Shown: positions 10,419 to 19,230 of the stretch, piece after piece | Layout of the letters: the number at the start of each line of letters is the position of its first letter | Position numbering within the stretch: position 1 is the stretch's first letter | Assembly: GCA_964515395.1 (NCBI GenBank) | Contig: CAZERC010000003.1 | Span: 5,568-69,567 of the forward strand | Direction: 5' to 3' | Source of the DNA: an uncultured Synergistaceae bacterium | GTDB lineage: Bacteria > Synergistota > Synergistia > Synergistales > Thermovirgaceae | Length of the DNA: 64,000 nucleotides | Translations under genes and position numbers: made by a program | The notes under the pieces: model-generated | Seen by the model: only the letters and a program-made list of their open reading frames with translations | Databases searched by the model: none | Told to the model about the DNA's origin: nothing

Positions 10419-11663
10419 ATGGAGGAGAAGCAAAACGCCTTTTGCGTGACATCGGAAATCGGGCGATTGAAAAGAGTGATGCTCCACAGGCCCGGGAAAG
10501 AACTTGCGAGGCTGACGATAGACAACAAGGACGATCTGCTCTTCGATGACATCATCTGGGTTGAGGAAGCACAGAAGGAACATGACACCTTCGCCGATTT
10601 GCTTCGCGACAATGGAGCCGAGGTGGTTTATTTCAAGGATTGCCTCTCATATATACTGAAGGACAAGGAAATCCGGAGGCAATTGCTGGATGATGTCCTG
10701 GCCCTGGAAGCCCTCGACATACCACTGGCAACGGCCCTCGAAAAGGAACTCATGGAACTCTCCGCCGATGAACTCGCCGAGGACCTGATCGCGGGACTTA
10801 CCAAGCAGGAGGCTCTCGATCTGCTGAAACCCTGCACCAGCCTTGTGCTGAACTCGATGAGCCAGCAGGATTTTCTCATCAGGCCGCTTCCCAACCTGTA
10901 TTTTCAGCGTGATCCTTTCAGTTTCGTTCAGGACGGCGTCATCATCAGTGCCATGAATTTTGATGCCAGAAAGAAGGAACCACTTTACGGACGATATATC
11001 TTCGAACATCATCCCTATTTCAAAAACCTGAAAGTCTTTTTCGGAAACCAGAGCAGGGATGCCTACCCGTATCACATCGAAGGGGGAGACGTGCTGGTTC
11101 TCTCGAAGGATGTCGTTGCCGTAGGCATCAGCCAGAGGACGGCCGCCGGCGCCGTTCAGATCGTGGGGAACAGGCTTTCGCAAAACACGTCGGTCAGGAC
11201 GATACTTGCGGTGGACATACCAAAAACCCGTTCCGCAATGCACCTTGACACCATCTTTACCATGGTCGATCATGATGCTTTCACGGTTTACCCGGAAGCG
11301 AGACGCAACATCAGAATATGGGAGCTGCAATACAGGGATGACGGGGCCCTGGCATCGATAAGGGAGCACAGGGATCTGGAAACCTGCATCAGAAAGACCC
11401 TTGGGCTGGACGCGGTTCGTTTTATCGAAACGGGAGGCGGCGATCCCATAGCCGCCGCCAGAGACCAGTGGAATGACGGAACAAACACGCTGGCGATCGC
11501 CCCCGGCGTCGTGGTTACCTACAGGCGGAACGTTTTTTCAAACCGTGTACTTCGCGAGAACGGGATCAAGGTGTATGAGATACGTGGCGCCGAACTCGGA
11601 AGGGGACGCGGAGGACCGCGGTGTATGAGCATGCCCATGGCACGGGACGAAATACGTTCCTGA
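10419..11663 (+). CDS. arcA: Arginine deiminase
   Basis: SEIGRLK, PNLYFQRD, IEGGD, MHLDT, QWNDGTN, GRGGPRCMSMP. Confidence 0.96.
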   Translation: MEEKQNAFCVTSEIGRLKRVMLHRPGKELARLTIDNKDDLLFDDIIWVEEAQKEHDTFADLLRDNGAEVVYFKDCLSYILKDKEIRRQLLDDVLALEALDIPLATALEKELMELSADELAEDLIAGLTKQEALDLLKPCTSLVLNSMSQQDFLIRPLPNLYFQRDPFSFVQDGVIISAMNFDARKKEPLYGRYIFEHHPYFKNLKVFFGNQSRDAYPYHIEGGDVLVLSKDVVAVGISQRTAAGAVQIVGNRLSQNTSVRTILAVDIPKTRSAMHLDTIFTMVDHDAFTVYPEARRNIRIWELQYRDDGALASIREHRDLETCIRKTLGLDAVRFIETGGGDPIAAARDQWNDGTNTLAIAPGVVVTYRRNVFSNRVLRENGIKVYEIRGAELGRGRGGPRCMSMPMARDEIRS

Positions 11664-11703
11664 AAAGATATCTTAAAACGGTTTTGGCAAAGGAGGATGA
11701 ACA

Positions 11704-12651
11704 GTGTCTATCAATCTCAAGGGAAGGCATTTTCTCACATTGCGGGGTTTCAATTCAGAAGAGATCCAGTACCTTCTGGACCTTTCCTCATCGTTGAAAT
11801 TGAAAAAGCGTGCGGGCATCAGGGGCAATACCCTTGAGGGCAAGAGCGTGGCTCTCCTCTTCGAAAAACCTTCGACGAGGACCAGGTGTGCTTTCACCGT
11901 GGCCTGTGTGGACGAAGGGGGACATCCGGAGTACCTTGGCAAAAACGACATCCAGCTGGGGCACAAGGAGAGTGTCGCCGATACGGCAAGGGTCCTTGGA
12001 AGAATGTTTGACGGCATCCAGTTTCGCGGTTTCAGCCAGGACACGGTGGAGGAACTCGCAAAGTATGCGGGTGTTCCGGTCTGGAACGGGTTGACGGACC
12101 TGTATCATCCGACGCAGATTTTGGCGGATTTCCTGACGATCCAGGAGGCATTCGGATGCCTCAAAGGAACTCGTCTCGTCTATCTTGGTGACGGAAGGAA
12201 CAATATGGCCAATTCTCTGATGATCGGATCGGCGAAGATGGGGATGCATTTTGCCATTGCCTCGCCGGAGTCGCTTTTCCCTCAGAGTGCACTGGTGGAA
12301 GAGTGCAAGGCCCTTGCAAATGAAACGGGAGGTTCCATTTCCTTTTTTGAGGATCCAAAAAAGGCCGTTGAGGACGCCAACGCGATTTACACCGATGTCT
12401 GGGCTTCAATGGGGGAAGAGGACAAGCTCCAGGAGAGGAAAGCCCTTCTCGAACCATACAGGGTCGATGCTGCGCTGATGGGAGCCACCGGACGGAAGGA
12501 TACGATCTTCCTGCATTGTCTGCCGGCGGTGAAGGGTAACGAGGTTACCGAAGAAGTTTTCGAATCACGGCAATCCAGAGTTTTTGACGAAGCCGAGAAC
12601 AGGCTGCACACCATAAAGGCTGTGATGGTTGCCACCATCGGGAACCTTTGA
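11704..12651 (+). CDS. arcB: Ornithine carbamoyltransferase, probably catabolic
   Basis: STRTR, HPTQ, HCLP, AENRLH; directly after arcA. Confidence 0.9.
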   Translation: MSINLKGRHFLTLRGFNSEEIQYLLDLSSSLKLKKRAGIRGNTLEGKSVALLFEKPSTRTRCAFTVACVDEGGHPEYLGKNDIQLGHKESVADTARVLGRMFDGIQFRGFSQDTVEELAKYAGVPVWNGLTDLYHPTQILADFLTIQEAFGCLKGTRLVYLGDGRNNMANSLMIGSAKMGMHFAIASPESLFPQSALVEECKALANETGGSISFFEDPKKAVEDANAIYTDVWASMGEEDKLQERKALLEPYRVDAALMGATGRKDTIFLHCLPAVKGNEVTEEVFESRQSRVFDEAENRLHTIKAVMVATIGNL

Positions 12652-12667
12652 TACCCTGTTGGGGTAT
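12651..12667. promoter_or_regulatory. CsoR/RcnR-type operator-like palindrome ATACCC-TGTTG-GGGTAT
   Basis: 6-bp inverted repeat with C-tract/G-tract flanked by ATA/TAT, 26 nt upstream of the Cys-rich ORF. Confidence 0.55.
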
Positions 12668-12693
12668 AGTGGATTCCGAAGGGAGTGAATGTC

Positions 12694-12870
12694 ATGTCCC
12701 GGAGTGAAGAACGGGTCTTTCGGTGTGCCGTGTGCGGCAACGAATTCCACGTCGATGCAACCGATAGCGATGTGAAATGCCCGAAGTGCCGTTCGCGTAC
12801 TCTCATTCTCCTGGAAGGGGAATCTGTGGGGAAAAAGGCCGGTTGCGCGCCTTCCGGGTGAGGCATCTAG
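12694..12870 (+). CDS. Small zinc-ribbon protein (CAVC-x14-CPKC): 55 aa if UGA 12859-12861 is stop, 58 aa (...GCAPSG-U-GI) if it is read as selenocysteine
   Basis: Not in the ORF track (<60 aa). RBS AAGGGAG 12679-12685, ATG 12694, MSRSEERVFRCAVCGNEFHVDATDSDVKCPKCRSRTLILLEGESVGKKAGCAPSG*GI*. Confidence 0.75.
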
Positions 12871-12905
12871 AGGCCGCCCGTCGGGCGGCCTTCCCGGCCT
12901 TTTTT
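12871..12905 (+). terminator. GC-rich hairpin: terminator between convergent genes and/or bacterial SECIS element
   Basis: AGGCCGCCC-GTC-GGGCGGCCT, then TCCCGGCCT-TTTTT. Confidence 0.7.
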
Positions 12906-13311
12906 ATACCAGAACGGTGAAAACGGGTTTCGTGGAGTAAACGCTTTTCAGGCCGGAAAGGGCCTCAACGAAGCGTTTCGCTTCTTTCGAGGGGCCCCTC
13001 AGGACGATGACTTCAAAGCAGTGGTCATGATCGATATGGACATGGGTGGAGCAGACGATGATTTGCCCGAAATCATGTTGCAATGCCGTCAGCTCCTGGG
13101 CCGTATCATGGGAATGGTGATCATAGGTGATGGTTATCGTCCCGTAAACGCTTTCGGTACCGCATTCCCAGCAGGATTCGGCGATGAAATCCCTTATCAG
13201 GTGCCTCAACGCTTCCGAGCGGTTTTTGTGTCCCGTCGCTCCGACATGGACATCAAACTCCTCGAGAAGCGATTCTGGAAGAGAAACACTGAAACGGGCG
13301 AGCCTTTCCAT
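12904..13311 (-). CDS. nikR: Nickel-responsive transcriptional regulator NikR
   Basis: RHH RFSVSL..NRSEALRHLIR; YDHH, QHD, HVHIDHDHCFEV Ni ligands; AGGAGG RBS. Confidence 0.94.
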   Translation of the reverse strand: MERLARFSVSLPESLLEEFDVHVGATGHKNRSEALRHLIRDFIAESCWECGTESVYGTITITYDHHSHDTAQELTALQHDFGQIIVCSTHVHIDHDHCFEVIVLRGPSKEAKRFVEALSGLKSVYSTKPVFTVLV

Positions 13312-13397
13312 GGAAGACCTCCTTTTTACTTTCAAAAACGGCCGGGACTCATTGATCTTACTCGTCACAACGCCTGTTTTTCTCTCCGTGTGATTTC

Positions 13398-13426
13398 ATT
13401 ATGCAATGAGCCGTCGTACCCGGCAA
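13398..13426 (-). promoter_or_regulatory. Putative sigma70 promoter for nikR
   Basis: Minus strand TTGCCG, 17-nt spacer, CATAAT. Confidence 0.55.
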
Positions 13427-13457
13427 CCGGAGAATACAGCCTCGTCTCCTGAAAATC

Positions 13458-15152
13458 TCAGGATTCGCGGAAAAGGAAAAGTCCCCTGAGTCCATCAAGG
13501 AGCCGAGTTTCGTCGAGGGCGGCTTCAAGATCTTCAAAATGAAAGTACGGCCTCGACTGAATGATCCGTCTGGCCCTTGCTTTCCCGATCCCGGGCAGGG
13601 CCTCCAGTTCTTCGGGGCTGCATTGATTCATGTCCACAGGTGAAGGTATTCCCGTGACCGACCTGCTTCCATGGTCTGTGACGAGCACGTCGATGACGTC
13701 GCTTTCGAGTTTCCTGGATGCTGCAATCCCTGCCAGAATGGGATAGCTTCCCAGGGACCTTCCGAAATACCGGTTTCCGCGTTTTTCTTCGAGTCGTACC
13801 CGTTTCAATACGGTCCCCACAGGCGCCACGCGTCTCATCATGATCGGATCGATTTCTTCCCTTACCCAGTTTTTCCACTTCAGAAAGTTCTTTTTCCTTA
13901 CTCGGGAAGGGAATTCTTCCAGGAGTCCTGCAAGTGGTGTTCGCTGAAAAAGCATGACCTGCCTGATATTGATCCGTCGGACAATGAGGTCCTCCGCAAG
14001 GAGGCGTTCAAGGAAGCGCCGGTTTGTTTCAAATGCATCGGCATCCTCACCGGCCAGTCCTGCAAGGAAATTCAGTCCGGGCAGGACAGAGGGCAATCCT
14101 CTTTTGCGTTTTCTCCAGCTGCCGGCTTCGTTGATAATTCGTACAGCTTGCAGGGCTCCCTCTTCATCGACTTTCAGATTGTTTAGCTTCAGGACCTTCG
14201 GATCGAGATTCTCAATACCGAGGGAAAGGACATCGCCCTCTGTGTTCCATCGGGAAATTACCTCGAGAGCGGCGAAGGAATCGTCCGGAAAAGTAACGAG
14301 TGTCGAAGGGTTGCAATTATCCGTATGGAGGACTTCAAGATCGTCGCAGGCATTGTGCACGCCGGCGTAAAGCTCTTCCAGATTCCTGGCTGATGGACGG
14401 AATCCTGACGGAGTTTCCGTCCCTCCCCACGAGAGGATGTTTGAACATCTCCCGAACCTGAAAGCCCGTATCCCAGCTCTTGCCAGGCCCTTTGCTTCCT
14501 CTGCGATGTCAGCTGCCTTTCGTTCCTCATAGGACGAGTGAATGCCCTCGGAGCAGAAACTGCAATGACCGTTTTTTCGCTCACATCCCCGGGAAAGTTC
14601 GAGTTCTGCGATCAGCCACGGGTAGGAGGGATGGGATTTGACTACCTCGGCTCCCGGGAGGGCCCACGAACGGAGGTCTTCGTAGGACCTCTTCCTTGCA
14701 GGATCATATTCGCCGGTCCTGAGGAAATGATCCAACACCGCTTCGGGATCGCCGGTGCAGAGGCAGTCAACGCCTGGCTCGATCAGATCCATTGCCCGGC
14801 TTCCTCCCCGGAGCGTATAGCCGTGTCGGACAGGCCCTCCGATAAAAAGCGGGCCTTGCCTCGGAAGCTTGCAAAGTTCCCTGATTTCCCTCAGGGTCAG
14901 AGGGGAACCTCCGCGGTAACGGCCCGGGACGGTCAATCCGGCGATGACTGTGATGACATCTGCCTCGGCAACCGCCTCGCCATGGGGAAGATGCCTCCAT
15001 TCGTCGGCGGTTACGTAGTTGACGTCGAAACCATGGGTTATCAACACCCCGTAGAGGTAGCGGACATAGGGGGAAATGTATGGAGGTACTCCAAAGCAGG
15101 CCGGTTCGTCGACATAGCCGTCAAGAAGAAGAGCTCTTTTTATCACTGACAT
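13458..15152 (-). CDS. Radical SAM enzyme with TRAM-like region and C-terminal helix-hairpin-helix (COG1031-like)
   Basis: LDGYVDEPACFGVPPYISPY N-terminus, RGCERKNGHCSFC, PGLNFLAGLAGE, RRINIRQV, C-terminal LEALPGIGK; start approximate. Confidence 0.8.
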   Translation of the reverse strand: MSVIKRALLLDGYVDEPACFGVPPYISPYVRYLYGVLITHGFDVNYVTADEWRHLPHGEAVAEADVITVIAGLTVPGRYRGGSPLTLREIRELCKLPRQGPLFIGGPVRHGYTLRGGSRAMDLIEPGVDCLCTGDPEAVLDHFLRTGEYDPARKRSYEDLRSWALPGAEVVKSHPSYPWLIAELELSRGCERKNGHCSFCSEGIHSSYEERKAADIAEEAKGLARAGIRAFRFGRCSNILSWGGTETPSGFRPSARNLEELYAGVHNACDDLEVLHTDNCNPSTLVTFPDDSFAALEVISRWNTEGDVLSLGIENLDPKVLKLNNLKVDEEGALQAVRIINEAGSWRKRKRGLPSVLPGLNFLAGLAGEDADAFETNRRFLERLLAEDLIVRRINIRQVMLFQRTPLAGLLEEFPSRVRKKNFLKWKNWVREEIDPIMMRRVAPVGTVLKRVRLEEKRGNRYFGRSLGSYPILAGIAASRKLESDVIDVLVTDHGSRSVTGIPSPVDMNQCSPEELEALPGIGKARARRIIQSRPYFHFEDLEAALDETRLLDGLRGLFLFRES

Positions 15153-15220
15153 CACCTGGTCGAAGCGTATATTCCGGTACATCGGCTGTGTTAGAATATC
15201 ACGTGATGATTTGATGGGAA

Positions 15221-16009
15221 ATGTCGAGTCTGGAGATGGTGCCCTTGCAATCCTTTTACAGGGATCCGGGGAGGCTTGCCTCAACGATCCAGGAATGGCT
15301 CGAGGACAGATTGCGAACTTCTGGCAGGCGAGGGGGAATCGTCGGCCTCAGTGGAGGAATCGATTCAGCCGTGGTCGCGGCAATGCTGAGAAATGTGTGC
15401 GGCTCTGACATGCTTGCCGTGATCATGCCCTGCCACAGCCTCGAAGATGATGTCAAAGATGCATACAAGGTGGCGGAGGCCCTTGACCTTCCCCACACCC
15501 TTGTCGATCTGACTCGGACCTATGACTCCTACATCGAATCGGTTTCGAGCGTACAAAGGACATTCGATCGTCTGCCGCTGGCCAATGTCAAACCAAGACT
15601 GCGCATGACGACCCTTTACCTGTTGGGGCAACAGCGGAAATATCTGGTTTGCGGTACGGGGAACAAGGCGGAGCTGACCATAGGGTACTTCACAAAATAT
15701 GGTGATTCGGGAGTGGACGTTCTCCCTCTCGGTGATCTTTTGAAAGGCGAGGTCAGGAGCGTTGCGAGGTTTCTCGGCGTTCCGGAAGAGGTTGTCTCAA
15801 AGCCCCCCTCTGCGGGATTGTGGGAAGGACAGACCGACGAAGAAGAGATCGGTCTCGATTACGACATTATCGATACCTATCTTGCAGGAGGGGAGATCCC
15901 TGACGACGTAAAGCGGAAGATCGAGGTCATGAAGGAGAGGTCTTCTCACAAGCGGGAGATGCCCCCGATTTGCAGGATCAATTCCAATGCCGACAGACGC
16001 CAGAGGTGA
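15221..16009 (+). CDS. nadE: NH3-dependent NAD+ synthetase
   Basis: GLSGGIDS, NVKPRLRM, GYFTKYGD, PSAGLWEGQTDE. Confidence 0.96.
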   Translation: MSSLEMVPLQSFYRDPGRLASTIQEWLEDRLRTSGRRGGIVGLSGGIDSAVVAAMLRNVCGSDMLAVIMPCHSLEDDVKDAYKVAEALDLPHTLVDLTRTYDSYIESVSSVQRTFDRLPLANVKPRLRMTTLYLLGQQRKYLVCGTGNKAELTIGYFTKYGDSGVDVLPLGDLLKGEVRSVARFLGVPEEVVSKPPSAGLWEGQTDEEEIGLDYDIIDTYLAGGEIPDDVKRKIEVMKERSSHKREMPPICRINSNADRRQR

Positions 16010-16015
16010 TGAAAT

Positions 16016-16768
16016 ATGGCCGGACATTCGAAATGGGCAAATATCAAGCATCGCAAGGCTGCCCAGGATGCAAAAAAGGGACGGGAATTCCAGAAGCACG
16101 TAAGGGCAATCATGGTCGCCGCACGGGAAGGCGGCGGCGACCCATCCATGAATATACGCCTGAAAGCAGCAATAGACCGGGCAAAAGCAGTGAACCTGCC
16201 TGCGGATTCCATTGAAAAGGCAGTCAAGAAGGGGACGGGAGACCTGGAGGGCGTCCGATACGAGGAGGTCGTTTACGAAGGGTACGGTTCCGGCGGAGTT
16301 GCCGTGCTTGTGGAAACGTTGACTGACAACAAAAACCGCACGGCTTCGGAAATCCGTCACTTGTTCAGCAAAAACGGCGGGTCCCTGGGCGAATCGGGGT
16401 GCGTTTCCTGGCTTTTTGAGCGAAAGGGGATCCTGTTTGTTCGCGGGGACGACCTCGATGAGGATGCTCTTCTTTCAGCCTGTCTTGAAAGCGGCGCGGA
16501 GGACCTTTCGAAAGATGCCGGAGGATTCACGGTAACGACAAATCCTTCGGTCCTCCCCGACGTCAGGGAAAAACTGGAGGCTTTGGGCTATACCGTGGAA
16601 AAGGCCGAGCTTGACATGATCCCCGGGAATTACGTAGCCATCCGGACCAAGGAGGACGCAGCAAAGATTCTCAGATTCATGGATGCTCTCGAAGAGCATG
16701 ATGATGTCCAGAATGTGTACGCGAATTTCGACATTGCAGACGAGATGATCGAGGAAATCGCGGGTTGA
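16016..16768 (+). CDS. yebC: YebC/PmpR family protein
   Basis: MAGHSKWANIKHRK, YEGYG, TDNKNRT, DDVQNVYAN. Confidence 0.97.
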   Translation: MAGHSKWANIKHRKAAQDAKKGREFQKHVRAIMVAAREGGGDPSMNIRLKAAIDRAKAVNLPADSIEKAVKKGTGDLEGVRYEEVVYEGYGSGGVAVLVETLTDNKNRTASEIRHLFSKNGGSLGESGCVSWLFERKGILFVRGDDLDEDALLSACLESGAEDLSKDAGGFTVTTNPSVLPDVREKLEALGYTVEKAELDMIPGNYVAIRTKEDAAKILRFMDALEEHDDVQNVYANFDIADEMIEEIAG

Positions 16769-16771
16769 ATC

Positions 16772-17290
16772 ATGACACTTTGCCTTGGCATCGATCCGGG
16801 ACTCGGCAGGCTTGGCTACGCGCTGGTGCGAAGTGAAGGGAGCTCTTACCGGGCGCTGGATTTCGGTGTCATAGAGACCAAAGCGGCGAAAGCCCTGCCC
16901 GAAAGGCTTCTTGTGGTTTTCAGGAAGCTGGATGACATTGTGGAACAATCGTCCCCCGCACTCCTCACCGTGGAAAGGCTCTTTTTCGGTCGCAACAGAA
17001 CAACTGCAGAAATGGTTTACCAGGTCAGGGGCGTGATCCTTTTGCTCGGCGCGCTCCATGGGCTCCGCATAATAGAACCGACTCCTGCACAGGTCAAGAC
17101 GGCTGTCTGCGGAAACGGGCGTGCGCAGAAAATGCAGGTCCAGCAAATGGTTCAACGCATCTTTGGGCTTTCGGAAATCCCCACTCCCGATGACGCCGCC
17201 GATGCCCTTGCCGTTGCCCTGTCAGGAATGGTGCTCAGTGAATTCGAAGACCGGACGGGAGGCGCAACAAAAGATGCTTCGCTATCTTGA
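16772..17290 (+). CDS. ruvC: Holliday junction resolvase
   Basis: LGIDPG, VERLFF, PDDAADALA. Confidence 0.96.
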   Translation: MTLCLGIDPGLGRLGYALVRSEGSSYRALDFGVIETKAAKALPERLLVVFRKLDDIVEQSSPALLTVERLFFGRNRTTAEMVYQVRGVILLLGALHGLRIIEPTPAQVKTAVCGNGRAQKMQVQQMVQRIFGLSEIPTPDDAADALAVALSGMVLSEFEDRTGGATKDASLS

Positions 17291-17873
17291 AGGAAAAGTC
17301 ACAGAACAGGACGATGACGGCATTTGCCTTTCCGTTCAGGGATTCGGTTTTTTTCTTTACTGTTCGAAAAGCGTTTTTTCATCAGTCGACGAGGGACAGA
17401 ACCTGAAACTGTGGACTCATCTGCAGGTCTCGGAAAACGGTTTCACCCTTTATGGTTTCATGGAAGAAGAGGAAAGAGAGTTGTTTCAGCTGCTCCTTAC
17501 CGTCAAAGGTGTCGGCGCCAGGATGGCCATGTCTTTTCTCAGACACCTGGATCTGGGAGAAATCGCCGAAGCAATCGCCTCGTCGCAGACCCAAATTTTG
17601 TCCACCGTCCCCGGGGTCGGGAAAAAGACCGCCGAACGGGTATGTTTCGAGCTGAAACAGAAGATCGAAAAGTCCGCCACGTCGTCACTTCGGCCGATGC
17701 TCGGCGACAGGCAGGTCACCGGGACGGTGCTCGAAGCACTCGCAGGATTGGGATTCTCACAGGGTGAAGCCATGCGGGCGGTGGCTTCGGCTTCCAGGCG
17801 TGAACCTGCAGTGGCCGATTCGGAGGAAGCATTGTTGCAGGCGGCGCTCAAGGAATTGCAACACCGGACGTAA
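17274..17873 (+). CDS. ruvA: Holliday junction branch-migration protein
   Basis: [29 protein letters not shown]. Confidence 0.95.
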   Translation: MLRYLEGKVTEQDDDGICLSVQGFGFFLYCSKSVFSSVDEGQNLKLWTHLQVSENGFTLYGFMEEEERELFQLLLTVKGVGARMAMSFLRHLDLGEIAEAIASSQTQILSTVPGVGKKTAERVCFELKQKIEKSATSSLRPMLGDRQVTGTVLEALAGLGFSQGEAMRAVASASRREPAVADSEEALLQAALKELQHRT

Positions 17874-17890
17874 GAAAAGGAGTTTTTACG

Positions 17891-18943
17891 ATGACTGAGG
17901 GTTCCGGACGAATAGTCGACATGTCCAGCAAAAACACGGAAGAGGAATCTCCAGGCATCAGGCCGGGTTCCCTCGGAACTTTCGTCGGACAGGCAGAGCT
18001 GAAGGAAAAACTGGGGATCTACATAAAAGCAGCAAAGATGCGGGGGGAGCCCCTGGATCACTGCCTTTTCTATGGACCGCCCGGGTTGGGGAAAACGACT
18101 CTCGCAGGCATCATTGCGCGGGAAATGAAGGGGCAGATACGCGTTACCTCGGGTCCGGCACTGGAAAGGGCAGGGGACCTGGCGGCGATCCTTTCCAACC
18201 TTCAGCCCATGGATGTCCTTTTTATCGATGAAATCCACCGGCTTGCACCGGCAGTCGAGGAAGTCCTTTATCCGGGCATGGAGGACTTCTCTCTCGACAT
18301 CATTGTGGGCAAGGGGCCGATGGCGAGAAATATCAGGCTTACCCTTCCTCCCTTTACCCTCGTTGGTGCGACGACACGGCTCGGTCTCATCACGTCACCG
18401 CTTCGGGCGCGTTTCGGGATAGTCGAACAGCTGAACCTTTATGAGCCGGATGAACTGAAGGAAATCGTCAGGCGCGGGGCGGCCCTGCTCGGGGTTGAAA
18501 TTTCCGACGAAGGGGCCAGGCTTGTCGCAGAACGTGCCAGGGGAACGCCGAGAATCGCCCTCAGATTGCTCAAGCGGGTGCGAGACGTGGCAGAGGTGAG
18601 GGAATACGCTACAATTGACGCATCCCTAGCAGAAAAAGCTCTTGATATGCTCGGTGTCGACAACAGGGGCCTGGACGAGTGCGACCGCCGCTACCTGAGA
18701 GTCCTTGTCAACCTTTTCGGGGGCGGACCTGTGGGGCTTTCCACCTTGTCCGCAGCGCTCCAGGAAGAGAGCCAGACCATTGAGGACATCTATGAGCCTT
18801 TCCTCATTCAGGGGGGGCTGATCGAAAGGACGCCGCGGGGCAGAAAAGCCACATCCAAGGGATATACCTATCTCGGGATCAAGGAGCCCGAGACAGGTTT
18901 TGCGCAGGAGCAGCTGGAACTGACCGAGGACGAAGACATCTGA
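17891..18943 (+). CDS. ruvB: Holliday junction helicase
   Basis: [29 protein letters not shown]. Confidence 0.97.
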   Translation: MTEGSGRIVDMSSKNTEEESPGIRPGSLGTFVGQAELKEKLGIYIKAAKMRGEPLDHCLFYGPPGLGKTTLAGIIAREMKGQIRVTSGPALERAGDLAAILSNLQPMDVLFIDEIHRLAPAVEEVLYPGMEDFSLDIIVGKGPMARNIRLTLPPFTLVGATTRLGLITSPLRARFGIVEQLNLYEPDELKEIVRRGAALLGVEISDEGARLVAERARGTPRIALRLLKRVRDVAEVREYATIDASLAEKALDMLGVDNRGLDECDRRYLRVLVNLFGGGPVGLSTLSAALQEESQTIEDIYEPFLIQGGLIERTPRGRKATSKGYTYLGIKEPETGFAQEQLELTEDEDI

Positions 18944-18962
18944 AGCAAGAGGTGACGGAATC

Positions 18963-19190
18963 ATGATTCATGGCATCGGAAAAATCTTCCTCCTCGTCGG
19001 CAGTCTTCTGGTAGTCCTGGGTATCGCCTTCATCGTTGCCGGCAAAATGCATATCCCTTTGGGGAAACTCCCCGGCGACATTGTCATAAGAAGGCCGAAT
19101 TCCGTCATATTCGTCCCCCTTGTTTCAATGTTGGTCATCAGTCTCGTACTTACGCTGGTGCTGAACGTTATCTTCCGTTTCTTTCGATAA
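18963..19190 (+). CDS. DUF2905 small membrane protein
   Basis: Two TM helices flanking LGKLPGDI; usual position after ruvB. Confidence 0.85.
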   Translation: MIHGIGKIFLLVGSLLVVLGIAFIVAGKMHIPLGKLPGDIVIRRPNSVIFVPLVSMLVISLVLTLVLNVIFRFFR

Positions 19191-19230
19191 GTTCTGCACC
19201 AGAATTATCGTTTCAGGAGGACTGTACATC

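Noticed and set aside
12387..12866. 159-aa and 61-aa minus-strand ORFs over the arcB-nikR gap
   Set aside because: No motifs; the plus-strand CxxC ORF with an RBS explains the region better
13365..13393. TCACA-19nt-TGTGA in the nikR leader as a NikR operator
   Set aside because: Only 5-bp arms, and it does not match NikR sites as I recall them; may be chance
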